The notes below the pieces were generated by a model. It searched no databases, was not told the origin of the DNA, and saw only the letters and a program-made list of their open reading frames with translations. This document shows, piece after piece, positions 1 to 11,771 of a DNA stretch of 64,000 bases. The stretch is from Harriotta raleighana (lineage: Eukaryota), in contig JBNZDD010013721.1 of the NCBI GenBank assembly GCA_050575255.1, positions 9,496,357 through 9,560,356 of the forward strand, in the 5' to 3' direction. A program made the position numbers and the translations under genes. Positions within the stretch are counted from its first letter, which is position 1; each line of letters begins with the position of its first letter.

Positions 1-151
1 AGTGTAAATCATGCCCTGAGATGAGGTAACAGACGGTGGCTGTACAGTGGGTTACACGACAATCTTAATGCTTTACAGATTGATCATCAGAATTCTTGGC
101 CCCAGTGAAGGAATGACCAACTGTAACTATTTTCGGAGAAGGGGCAGCCGT

Positions 152-320
152 GTGTCTGACACGCGCGGAAACCCATCACAGAGTATCTAAGAGTATTCAA
201 GCCAAGATGAGAATTCCACGCCTCCCACCTACACATGGAAATTCCAGAGACAGATTGTTGGAATGGAACGTGCGCACTCTCTCCCAGACGAGACTCGTCC
301 TGCTTACCTAATTCCAGAAA
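152..320. repeat. Unclassified interspersed repeat, copy 1 (possibly RTE-related)
   Basis: Aligns by eye with 42314-42542 (AAACCCATCAC...CACATGGAAAT..AGAGA.AGATTGTTGGA.TGGAA..CGCACTCT...CCTGC.TACCTAATT). Confidence 0.75.
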
Positions 321-1039
321 TTCTTAGCTAATTATTAGCTACCAGCTAAAACCCCATAATATCACTCTCTGACAAGCTACAATTATGACTACAGTCACCT
401 ACTGTTTCTATAGTTTATCATGATGTCTTTTTGATTTGGATGTAGACTTAGAGGGCCAGTTGTTTAGAGGATATACTGATTTAAATTAGACCAGTGAAGA
501 ATAGTTACGATACTGTATCAGCGAGGTTTTATGCACTGACACCAGGAGGAACAGTTTATAGTTATGATGACAGATTTCAGATCTGTTCTCATTGGAATAG
601 AGAAAAAACGAGAGGATTAACCTAACATAGCTCCAATGGAGAAGCTACCTCCAGGATGGTTTTAGTGAGCTGTTAATTTCTACAGTCTGAACACTGTAAT
701 GAACTGTTCACCATCCACCACCACCTACATTGATATTCAGGGAGATTAGAAACCAGAAATATTTGCCCTATTGCAGAATTGAAGGCTTTTATTGCAGCAA
801 ATGAACAGAGCTGATCTGGAGTGTCGCCACACTCGCAAAATGTTTCAGGAATTGGCAGCTGGTGTTTAGTTTCACATCCTCTGCTCTGCTTATCTACAAC
901 CATTTAACATGATGTAGCAGCACATGACACTAATCGCCACGTAAGTGGAGGAAATTAAATGTTTCTGGAAAAAGGTTATGTCGGAATCCGCAAAATGAAC
1001 ACCGTACGGTTGCTGCATCCACCAGATCACAATACTGGT

Positions 1040-1240
1040 TTGGATGCTTCACGTTCCCTGCCTCGCCCGGCCCACCGTTGGCAGGCGAGACTTCAGCCAC
1101 TCTGCCCCCACCCTTTGGAACTCCATCCCGCAGTCGGGAATGTCGCCACACAAGAATGTCGCCCCAATAGCTCAGATCTGAAACACTGACTGTCCAGTAC
1201 CTCGAGACATTCTCCGGACGTGAAAGGCGCTTTACATATG
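1040..1240 (+). mobile_element. L2-clade LINE 3' fragment, internally deleted
   Basis: Encodes VGRRDFSHSAPTLWNSIPQ (L2 ORF2 C-terminal motif G.RAFS..AP.LWN.LP), followed by the GACGTGAAAGGCGCT tail. Confidence 0.85.
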
Positions 1241-2063
1241 CCTGGAAGAAAAAGGAAAAATCCCTTCGGCTCATCTGATACTCATCGTACCAGAACGCCC
1301 ACCTGGTTCTTCCATCACAGCAACAAGCTGCTTTTTATTGGAGGGCCCATCGGATTTTTCCAGGTTATTTTCATGCAACATGACTTCTGGTTTTACTTTA
1401 GATATTGCTCACTTGTCAAGTTCAATGTGACGTTGGTCATGTACATCGCAAAATAATCCAATATTTCCTCATCCTTCTCTAATGGATGTTGTGCAGTTGA
1501 GCCATGCACTGATTACACAGGGAAAACAAATGATCCAGTCTTTCTAAGTGTAGGCCCGCTGATATTTTTGACGAGCTCATTTATTAGTTAAAAGCTGGCA
1601 CTTATGTGAGATTTTGTTGATTGATAATCTCAAGCTGGTCTGCAGGTCGGTAATATTCTGTTTTGTATACTGCACAGCGTTTCATTCTTTCTGCTCTCAC
1701 TGAAAGATGTACTGATTTAGATATTGCCCAATCAAACTCAAATGATTGATCTTATGTTTTTTTTTTTACACGCTGGTACAAGCGCCATTTAAATCAAAAG
1801 TAAATTCTATTGGGAAAAAATGATTGAAATTGACCTCCAAAACAAGGTGTCTCAAGGAATAAATAATGGACAGAAACTAAGTGGCAATTTGAAATGCTGA
1901 ACATGATGCGAGTCTCTCAAAGTGGCATGACTATATTCTATTATATTATCCATAAATATCCAATTTGGTACATTCAGTGTATTATTTTTAATGTCCTAAT
2001 NTGAGTCTCTCAAAGTGGCATGACTATATTCTATTATATTCATAAATATCCAATTTGGTACAT

Positions 2064-2340
2064 TCAGTGTATTATTTTTAATGTCCTAATACGCTTTGCC
2101 CAATAAGTCAGATGGAAGCAGATGTCTCCCAAAAGCAGAACTGACATGTTTGTTTGAAGGCATTCAAAAAATTCAGGGTTCTTGTAGTTTTTAAGTAAAA
2201 TGGTAAATGGCCATTGTAAGGACCAACAAAATACATCTTTCCTCCTATTATTGTTCTCATCTGCCTCCAAACCTTGTACTATTTCTGCTAATACAGCGCA
2301 CCATTCCTCCTTTTGAAGTTCAAGTCCAGGGCTTTCAGTT
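2064..2340 (-). pseudogene. Possible very old L1/Tx1 ORF2 C-terminal (zinc-knuckle region) fossil
   Basis: ORF reads GLELQKEEWCAVLAEI...FTILLKNYKN..FFEC-x13-CFHLTYW, spacing reminiscent of fish L1 GLEL.EEEW...CxxC-x8-H-x4-C..L..FW, but the first Cys and the His are missing. Confidence 0.25.
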
Positions 2341-4446
2341 AGGACTGTTACCCAAAGCAGCAGTAACAAATTTTAAGAGCAGACTTGAGGCAAGATCTCA
2401 GTTCTTTGGCTGTTGATCTATTCCTGTCATTCTGTTACTCTCATTTTACAGGTTGTGAATGTTGTTTGGGGTTTTTCTAGGATTCAAATAAAAATGGTTA
2501 CAATGAAGGAAATCGGAATACAATTTAATGCCATCATTTAATGCTTGTTGGATTCAACAACTTTTACTTAATCTGCAGAATTAGAGTATTCCTAATGTTA
2601 TTTACTCACCACCAGGCCAGGAATGTTGAAACACAAATATCAATTTGAAAACTAGTGAATTTGAGACACAAAGAAATTTCAACAAATTACATTTATATAG
2701 CATCCTGGAGCATTTACAGAGGAATGAAAATTCAATATTCATTCAATCAATAGTTTTTTGGGGGTCAGAGTCGGTCATGTCCAACAGTTGACCATTGGAA
2801 TAGAAACCCCTTTTGTGTGACAATATCTCTCAATCTATTAAATGGAATAATTTTTTCATTCAATAGCCTATTTCCCATTTAGGTGGAAATGTACTGAAGT
2901 GCAAACAGCCCAGAGATTTTTTTGTTAACTTTATTTAAGGTGAGAATTACACATTTCGCACAAGCTGTCATAAATCAAAATTGGTTTCAGGAGCAAGCTT
3001 TGGATCTGGTGACGAGGGCAGCAATTCAATTTTCACCTACTCCAACCTTCCTACCTTGGCTGTTAAATAAACATTTTGTCGAAAGTGCAGTATTTTCTTC
3101 AAGTCTCCTTAAATTATCGGCTTATTTCATGTTGACTTTTAACAAAGAACAATCTCTATAAAAAATACTAATTCTGTCAATAATGCAGAGTTAAGCACTA
3201 AATCATGGCCTTGTATTTCTCCTCGATCCTTGATACAAACGCAACCTTCAATAAAGTGCCTCTGGCCCTGCTAAATGAAGCTTGCTTATCCACAGAAGGT
3301 TATATCCTCTAAATCAGAAGTTGCTACACATCTGCCAAACTCAATAGCTAAACGCAACTGCAAGTTTATAGATACTCATATTCTTTATTTATATGGGCGG
3401 GGGGGGGGAAATTTCAGGGGGCAGGGAAATAATTGTACCCTGAAATGTAGTGATGGCTGAAGAAATCAATGTTTTCCTTAATTTGCAGAGCTGCTTAATG
3501 TAGCATGAAGTACATTACATTTGCAATCATTATGAACAACAAATAAAATGGAGGAAAATTTATGGCTGCACTTTCAGTAGTAGTTTGTGTGTTTTTTTAG
3601 AGAGAGGCGATTGTTTCATGTGGTGCTTTCGTTCGAATCTACCAGTCTTGCACATCACCTTAAGTAAGTATGAGTTGGGATTACTGTATTATGTTTCTCG
3701 TGGTTTTACAGACCTGTGGGGGAAGTCTTTTCACAGAAGCATAATTAGAGTCTCTTGAATATAGACATAATTGGTTGGTATTACTGCACTCTTAAATTAA
3801 ACCGTTTCTGGGTGACTACAAAGCTTTCAAAAAGTTCTGTGGATGTAATACATACTGGCTTCCTTGGAAAAACATCTTGAAATAATACTCTATTGGTGAG
3901 TGGCACGGTTGTCACTTTTATACATTGTTATCAAGTTAATGCAACCACGGTGACCTATTCATATTAAATAAACAGAACATTGACGTGTAATGCTTCAGTC
4001 CAAAGTAGGTTACATTTCATAAATATAAAACAACCTCCATCAATTTGCATTATTTTCTATTGCATCTAAAAATTTGCTTGTGACCTTCAATTGTTTTCTG
4101 CTGCTCTCAGTACTTTTCCAACACAAATTGCTCGAGACTGCAAATGAAGTGACGCCACTTTTTTTTTCCAGTGTGGAACCTTTTGACTAACAATCATAGG
4201 GAGTGAGCAAACGAGTCGGGTATTGTCTTTAAACGTTTGCGAGAAAAGCAAAATATAGTCGCAAGCATGTTGAAACTCTTACAGCCAAAAATGTGAAATT
4301 TCTCTTTGTAACCTGTATTCAAGCACACATTCTCCATCAACAACGATAGCGAAAGGGTTGAGAAACACCCTGTTCACATTCGGGACAATCTTGCTGACGT
4401 GGACAAGATCCTGTTGCAAAGTCTACTCAGTCAGCAGATACTCCAA

Positions 4447-4625
4447 AGCTGGAGGTCACCTCTTCAAACTGGTAACAAAACACTCAGGCCTGGACCTGAG
4501 AAAGATTTTCTTCACCCAGAGAATGGTGGACACCTCCAACAGGTTCCCATGTGATACTGTTGGTGGAAATAGCATTCACTCATACTACAGAAATCTAGAC
4601 CGATTTCTCAGAGAAGAGAGGATCA
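4447..4625 (+). mobile_element. CR1 LINE ORF2 3' fragment
   Basis: Translates GGHLFKLVTKHSGLDLRKIFFTQRMVDTSNRFP...RNLDRFL, matching the CR1 C-terminus (RGH..KL...R..FF.QRVV..WN.LP...LD.FL). Confidence 0.85.
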
Positions 4626-4747
4626 GCAACAACACATTGAGCCTAATCTATCATGTAATGCCTAATGCAGCGTAACCAGTTGAAGGGAATATTGAGTGAC
4701 GCTCTTGTGTTGGTGGTGGCTATTTTATGCTTATTGAATGCTGCATT

Positions 4748-4923
4748 ATAATAATAATCCTTGCATTTGATATCAGGCCTTATCAGATCATTGAAATGCC
4801 TCAAAGCGTTTCACAGAATATATTGTAAAGTGAATTGATTGGGTTTTGTAGGCAGAACGTGGCAGCCAAATGCACGCAAGTGTCCCATAAACAGTTGTGG
4901 ATTAAGTGACCAAATTATTATTG
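4748..4923 (-). mobile_element. SINE with L2-type tail, 3' half
   Basis: Reverse complement of the family tail (ATAATAATCCTTGCATTTGATA...CTCAAAGCG.TTCACAGAATATA...GTCCCA.AAACAGT). Confidence 0.9.
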
Positions 4924-5674
4924 TTCACTTAACACATAGCCAAATTTTGAAATTGTTTCTCTCAAATATGTCATGTTACAAAGCTTATAAACCTGGATAA
5001 AATATGGTGGTTTTAGTAGTAATAGTTTTACTACTTCTGTTTTCAAAAGCAATTCGACCATATATCACACTGGTTGAAATAGGTTGGCAAAATTTACAGA
5101 TAACAATGTTTTTTAAACAAAAGTACAAGACCAGTTTTGGGCTGGATGTACATTATAGCTTGCAGATGTGAAGACAAATTCCTTATTAATGATACCACAA
5201 ATGAGGTTAATTTATTTCTTGCTGCATGCAGAAGATAACCAGATTTCTGCATGATAAGTGTTTCGGAACTGTACAGAATCTTTGAATGCTTGAATGCTGT
5301 TCAACTTAATCAGATTCTCCCGAAGAAAAAAGAAAGAGAATATTGCATCTCATTCTGGGTAACTAATTCAGCATTATTGTGTGGGAAAGGGATCTGTAAC
5401 ATGATTTATTACACCCAAATGATTGGATATTAAAGGCACCATTTCATTTACTGTTCTTACTTGAAATCTATGTGTTCTTAAACATGCTTCCACAATAACG
5501 TCATCACTGCATTGGAATATTAATTTTAGTGCATGCCCATTGATGTGCTTCTCATGTTGGAAAAATTATTCAACAAGCATTGCGATTGGAAATGTACTGA
5601 ATAAATCCAGACTTTTCTGATTGTTATGCAGCTGCCTTTTCCAATTCAACTTAAACAAGTAATTTAAATGTTTT

Positions 5675-5899
5675 CCAAGTTTGCTTAGTTCACACACCTG
5701 ATAATAACCGCTCAAGAAAAAAAAACAATAATGAATTGGTAACTTCAGGCCAAGACTGTTTGGGGGACACTGCTGTGCGCTATTGGCTGCCATGTTTCAT
5801 ACACAAATATACAGTCAATTCACTTTATGTTCTGTGAAGCGCTTTGAGATGTGTCTAGAAGATGTGAAAAATACTATATTAAATGCAAGGATTATTATT
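5675..5899 (+). mobile_element. SINE with L2-type tail, 5'-truncated
   Basis: CCTGATAATAA...GCTGTGCGC.ATTGGCTGCC...GTGAAGCGCTTTGAGATGTC...AAATGCAAGGATTATTATT; matches the full-length copy at 38267. Confidence 0.9.
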
Positions 5900-5956
5900 G
5901 CTATCTTCTCCGAGATTATTATTATTGTTTATAAATTTATTTCACTCTTTTACAGA

Positions 5957-6222
5957 CAAAAACAACAACAAATTATATGTGTGAAGCAATTATATGGCCC
6001 AAGGCACTGGACAGTCAAGGATTTGTACCCAAGCTAGGGGTTGGGATCAGTAGTGGTAGAAGGCAGGAAGGTTAGTGGGTAGGAGGGTGACTGAAGGCAC
6101 GATGAAAGAGGGAAGGTCTTGAGACAGGCTTGAAGGAGGCAAGGGAGGGCAAAGCTAAGGTATTGTGGGAAGGAGTTCCAAACAGTGGGGCAGAAAGCCT
6201 GAAGGTCCCGAACGCCGATGGG
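5957..6222 (-). mobile_element. L2 LINE 3' fragment
   Basis: (AAC)n tail, purine-rich 3'UTR, GGAGTTCCA.A.AGTGGGGCAGAAAG.CTGAAGG (reverse of the AFS..AP.LWNS motif). Confidence 0.85.
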
Positions 6223-6839
6223 CAGACAGGATTTTTTTTTCTCTCCGGGTTTGTCTTTTTTTCTTAAATTAATTCAATTAAAGTTACATCAATTGAACCA
6301 AATCAAAAACGTTTGGAGCCAGAAGTGAGAGGGTCACCAACCAAGCTAAATTATGGACACAAGTAGACGGATTCATTTAAGAAAAAAACTACATAAGTGC
6401 ACTTGACTTAACTATTATTTGCAAGTGGTTGGAATGTAAAAATTATTTTAAAGTGATTAGGGCAGCATCTAGATTTAAGCCCAAAGTCAATTATTAAAAT
6501 GTAAAGCCTTCCCTTAGAGATTAAATAAAAATTAGTATCATAAGATGTAATAAGGCCACATAATTCCTATAAATACGTACTCCAGGCTCTTAGGAAACCT
6601 TTCACAGTGTGCATTTTCACTGACGTGCATGAGGTGAATGTCTTAAAATCTTCGAGGATCCTGCACCAAATTGCTGAAAACATAAATTTTTAATATCTAT
6701 CAATATTTAAAAAGCCAGATTGTAGTTTGCAGTCTAGGTAAAAAAAAAAAGAAGGTGGTGTTCAAGTGAACACCCATGTGCATCAGATATTGTTCAATAT
6801 ATAAGTCAATGCAACTATTCTGCATTTGGTGTCTCAAAA

Positions 6840-6955
6840 CTGATTGAAGGGAATTCAATTTCTTCGCTACAAATATCATGGGATCTTTAACATCTACCTG
6901 ATGACAGAGAGATGATTTTAATGTCTGATCTGAAAGAGGACATCTTGGACAATGC
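6840..6955 (-). mobile_element. Deu-domain SINE core fragment
   Basis: CATGGGATCTTTAACATCTACCTG...TTTAATGTCTGATCTGAAAGA, the reverse of the DeuSINE/AmnSINE core (TCTTTC.GATGAGACGTTAAA...AGGTGGA.GTAAAAGATCCCATG). Confidence 0.7.
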
Positions 6956-6959
6956 TTAT

Positions 6960-7300
6960 CGATCTGTCCGTTCCCTCCATTCAGCAGGCTCTGGCCTACT
7001 TCATGTCCCCCGCCCAGCCCACCCCACCTTCGGCGGTTGGACAATCTATCTCTTTGCTTCTATCCTTTGTAATCCATCCCTCAGTCCCTTTGCCTTGCTC
7101 CCTCCTTTGCCTTCTTCAAGGCGTGTCTCAAGACCCTCCTCTTTAACTGTGCCTTTGATCACACTCCGACCCCTTCCTTCCCTGCCCTCCACCCCTCCTG
7201 ATCCCAATCCCCACCTCAGGTCCAAATTCCTGATTGTCCAGTGCCTTGGGATGTCCTCCCAACATGAAAGGCACTAAACAAATTTGTGTCTTTGTTGTTT
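6960..7300 (+). mobile_element. L2 LINE 3' fragment
   Basis: Translates RSLHSAGSGLLHVPRPAHPTFGG; CTTCAAGGC..GTCTCAAGACC; tail GCCTTGGGATGTCCTCCCAACATGAAAGGCACT...TTGTTGTT. Confidence 0.9.
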
Positions 7301-7867
7301 CAGCGGCCTGCCCCATGCCAGAGAGTATCAACAACTGAGCAAAGTAGTGGACAGAAGCAGGCAGATTAATTTAAGAAGGAACTTTATGCTAAGAGTATGC
7401 CCTCCACCACACATATCATATAGTCTGGCATATCTGATTTGGCATAAATAGGACATACTTATGTGGCAATCAGGAAATATCATCAATTATTTACTAAATT
7501 AACTTTCTGGGACTTTTGGTATAGATTAAGAGCTACTCTGTTCACTTAGCTGTTCACCAGCACTGCTCTCTTGTGCTCTAAATGGACTCTAAGTCCTTCT
7601 CCTACACTTTAAATTCATGTTTGCCACAATATATTATTCACGTTTCATTGGTAGCCATTTAACTATGAAATAAGCTGACACAAGACTTGCTGTACGAACT
7701 ATAAGGAGTTCTAAGTAACTAAGTAATTTTTAGGATTTCCAGTCTGTTCATGGAACTGATAACACCAATACAACTGAAATATGCATTGGCACCAATCTTT
7801 TTTATACCTACATGGATCCCTGTCTTAAAATCTTAATGATCTGAACGATCTTACACATCTTGTTAAG

Positions 7868-8088
7868 ATACTCCACATACCTGATAATAATCCCTCCAGT
7901 AAAAATAGCAATAATAAAATTTGGTCACTAAATCCACGAGCGTTTGTGGGACGCTGCTGTGCGCAATTGGCTACCTTGTTTTGCCCACAAATATACAGTC
8001 AATTCACTTTACAGTATATTCTGTGATGCGCTTTGAGATGTCTAGAAGTCGTGGAAAGTGCTATATCAAATGTAAGGATTATAATGAT
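7868..8088 (+). mobile_element. SINE with L2-type tail, 5'-truncated
   Basis: High similarity to the copies at 38267 and 46903. Confidence 0.9.
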
Positions 8089-9174
8089 CTTGTCCTAGAA
8101 TCTTTCTTATCATCTGCGCTGGGGTGAGGTCTGTGCTATATTTTTTCTATGTGCTGCTTCAATGCAGAGGATCTTGGTCTATTTTGTTGTTTTCTTCTCT
8201 ACATACAATAAAACACCAATTAATGCCACCCAGAGGATAAGGAAACCAAACAAAAGTGAAGCGACTCAAAGGAACAACGCATTAACCCAGGCAGTGCTAT
8301 TGTGCTTGGAATAGAAGATTTAGGAAGGCAATAGAATAAAATGCAATGATTCCGTATAGACTCAGAAAGAGAAACAAACCTTTGTCAATTCAACAATAGC
8401 AAAGTACCTTGCAGAATTTCAAGTGAATCTTGACTGTGAATTCTTGATGGGTGTTGCCTTGGCAGATGTATTTAAGGCGATTAGTGGTTCTCGGATTCTG
8501 TGCCACTGGCTTCACAGTTGAGATTGCTGATATTTTCAGATATCAGCTAATTACATTGCACATAGGTTAATAATAACAACAATAACTTGCATTTACATAG
8601 TGTCCTTCAGCGGGGAGGCGAGTTGGAGAGTTTAATGGACTAGATTGGTAAGTCAGGTAGGTTTGAACTGGCAAACAACAAAAGCATTTTGAGAGACATT
8701 CTAACCTCCAGTTGTTTTACAATAGTACCTCATTACGCTTGTGTGACTGATTGAATAAACGCTTCTCTACGACAAGAAAATTAACACTCCACATTCAATT
8801 GTGTTGTGAATGCGTATTTCTTTTTAATCAGGACCCTGACACAACTCACAAATGCTGCACTCGGTCTCAAAGCTCCTTTCACAGAATCTATGTGACTCAT
8901 CTGATACATGGGTTAAAAGCTAAACGTCCGTTCACCGAATTCTCTTTGAGATTCTCAAGGCTGATCTGGTTCACGATGATAGACTGCAATGAGATATATG
9001 TTGAGTCTTTCAACTAACTGTGAAGCTATGGAATGGTTTATATGTTTCAACAGTGGAAGCCTCAGTTATGTATGATGGTGTGTGGTTTATACAACATGCC
9101 CCTATTGGGAGACTTTGCTGAAATGGCAATGTGAGGATAACTGGTGAAGGATTATCCTTTGTGACAGGTAAATG

Positions 9175-9400
9175 GCAAACAAGAGTCAGAAGCTCAAAGT
9201 TGCCACTGAAGGAGTTGAGGGGAAGTTTAGCAGAAACGTTTATTCAAGAATGGTCATTAGAAGGTAATGTTTTGCTACAAATGGCTATGGGGGTCTGAGG
9301 TTAGAACAGCATCTAATAAGGAATTGGATGAAACTTTGCAAGGGATTAAAACTAAAAGAGTGCAGGGAATCGGGTTGAGAAAGTAGTTAGCTCTAGTGGA
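9175..9400 (+). mobile_element. Degraded CR1 3' fragment
   Basis: ACAAGAGTCAGAAGCTCAAAG...AGAAACGTTTATTCAAGAATGGT...AAGGAATTGGATG follows the CR1 terminal layout. Confidence 0.6.
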
Positions 9401-9405
9401 TGAGT

Positions 9406-9583
9406 TAACAACAAAAACACTTGCGTAGTCCCACTTCACTTAACAGTGGCGGAGTCCGACTTCGAGCTGGGGGAGTGGGAGGTGGCCGTTTGCACGGTCA
9501 ATGAGAAAGGTCTGTAGGTGGGTCCTGATAAAGGGGAGAGGGAGGGGCAAGGTGGAGGGATTGAGGGAGAGTGTTGTAGAGTT
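9406..9583 (-). mobile_element. Degraded L2 3' fragment
   Basis: AACAACAA tail, then purine-rich GGGGCAAGGTGGAGGGATTGAGGGAGAG similar to other minus-strand L2 copies. Confidence 0.6.
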
Positions 9584-10080
9584 ATCACTAGCACTGACAA
9601 CCGGCTTTTTGCTACTATAAATTTAATGTTAATAAATGCCATCCTGATCCAGTAGAGGGTGTTTTAATGTTCAGGCCTTTTATTGGAGAAGATGAGAGAA
9701 AGATTTTTCATAACCTAATGCTGTGTTCATACCATGATTTTTTTGTATCTAACTGCTATTTCCATGGAAATTCACAAGGGTTAAATAGCAAGGGGTGAAA
9801 GCAAATGCGTTGAAATGCCACTGCTGATATTATTTGAAGAGATGGTTTTGGGGGCATTTTACAATTCACCGCTCTGTTGTGTAAGTCAGTGAGTATTAAT
9901 CAATTTCAATTCAGATTCAACTCCCAGATGGACACTTAAATGTTGTTGGCTAGTCCAGCAGTCTAAAAGTTTTTTTTTTAGGTATGTTCTGATGTTATTG
10001 AATCACCTCATTAAAAAAACAACAAGGGTTTAATGTTATTGAACAAGAGTTCTGCATACCGAGACAGCAGAACTGGAAGA

Positions 10081-10370
10081 TATAATAATAATCTTTGCAT
10101 TTGATGTGGCACTTTTCACATCTTCTAGATGTCTTGAAGCAGTTCACAGAATATACTCTAAAATTGTGCGCAAAATGCAGCAACCAATTGTGCACAGCAA
10201 TGTCCCACAAACAGTTACAGATTGAAGTGACCAATTTATTACTGTTTGATTTTCTTGAAGGACTATTATCAGATATGTAGAGTGAGGAAACTTGTCCAAG
10301 GTTTCACCCTGCTGGGAATCTAACACGGGTCTCTTGCTTGTGAGACTAATGCTCTAACCATTGACACCAA
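10081..10370 (-). mobile_element. Near full-length tRNA-head SINE
   Basis: Tail ATAATAATAATCTTTGCATTTGAT; head (reverse complement) TGGTGTCAATGGTTAGAGCA...GAGACCCGTGTTAGATTCC. Confidence 0.9.
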
Positions 10371-10849
10371 GTATGAAGAATATCTATTCCGATAAGGTTC
10401 CAGACAACCCAAATGTGGATCTACATCTCAGAAGGCATACTGGCTTAAGCAAAGGAGCATCAAAGGAAATTGAGGAAGGGGGAAGAAATGAAAGCCTAAT
10501 TAAAAGACTAAGTGAGTTATTGGGCAGAGTGAGATTACAGCGCTTTATAGCTAAAGGCACTAGTTGCACTGATTTGTGAGTTGCGTTCTAATACTTCTGT
10601 GGAATAAGAAAATGAAGATCAGTTGCTGAGATTTTCTACTATCAGCAACTAAATTAATTGGAACATGAGAGACATCCTATTAATTTACAGATTAAATAAA
10701 TTGGACGTTGGAAGAAGCTCTACTTAAACTTAAATTTCACCACATCTAAAATCAGTTTACAGAGGTTTGATATGATTCTGAAGCAAACGAAAGACGAAGC
10801 AGTAGGGTATCAAAGACTTTAACGCTATTAATTATAATACTAATAGTGA

Positions 10850-10945
10850 TAATAATAATCCTCCTTACATTTGAAAGAACGCCTTGTCACGTCTTCACAG
10901 AATATACTGCAAAGTGAATTGACTGTATATTTTGTGGGTGAAACA
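10850..10945 (-). mobile_element. SINE tail fragment
   Basis: ATAATAATC...CATTTGA...TTCACAGAATATACTGCAAAGTGAATTGACTGTATATTTTGTGG. Confidence 0.85.
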
Positions 10946-11703
10946 TGGGGAGATGTGGAGGCGCATGCGGACTAGCTGGGACAAATGGTATGTTTCATGG
11001 AGTTCCATGGGATGTAATTCTATACAAATATTGCAGAAAATGTTGCTTTAGTTGGGTGTTACATTGAGAGCTGTTTCTGATAACATTTGAATTGTTTAAC
11101 CCTCTTTCCTCTTCAACCTACAATAAGGATGATAGGTAACCTTGATAGGTTGATCTCCTACCATGATTAGGATGATCTACTGTAGAATAACTGTTACTCC
11201 CCCTTCCCTGGAGTGCATGCAGACGCAGTGTAATGGGGTCAGAACATGGAAGGGTAAGAGAGAAAGTGGATGATGAGAAGAAAATTAGGAAAAGGAAGCC
11301 TTGGCATGGGGACAAGAAACAGATTGAACGAATGACAAAGTACGAGAGGAAATGCTATACCCTGTTTATGGTTGAGAAATAATGAAAATCCCAGTAGTAT
11401 TTAAACATATGAAGAAATCATTTGAATACAGCTGAAATTTACATAGAAATCATAATATTAACATTGAGGTTGTGTAATATAATTAGCACAATGGAAACAA
11501 TTGTATACTGTGAGAATCTACATCCAACTGAGATGCATAATGAAGACTCTTTTGCTATTTCTTGCGTTTATCCCCTTTCAACAAACAATGATGGTACTTA
11601 TTTCTAAGTGAACAGTGTATTTTGCTTATCAATATAATTGATACCAATACCAGTTTTGTGCTCCCAAAACCAGTGCAGGTTAGATACAGAGTAAAGCTCC
11701 TTC

Positions 11704-11771
11704 TGCTTTTGGGACGTCCTCCTGACGTGAAAGGCATTATACAAGTGTAATTTTGTTGTTGTTGTTGTTGT
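11704..11771 (+). mobile_element. Solo L2 3' tail
   Basis: TTTGGGACGTCCTCCTGACGTGAAAGGCATTATACAAGTGTAATTTT(TGT)n. Confidence 0.85.

Noticed and set aside
725-1381. Phase-compatible two-exon minus-strand model (ATG 1381-1303 joined to 893-725: MLHENNLEKSDGPSNKKQLVAVMEEPDKQSRGCETKHQLPIPETFCECGD...)
   Set aside because: Weak donors (GTGGGC, GTGGTG), acceptor without a polypyrimidine tract and no recognisable protein; phase agreement has a 1 in 3 chance
3410-3446. 9-bp inverted repeat ATTTCAGGG/CCCTGAAAT (similar 8-9 bp stems near 8525, 47795 and 48715)
   Set aside because: Single short stems of this size are expected by chance in AT-rich DNA
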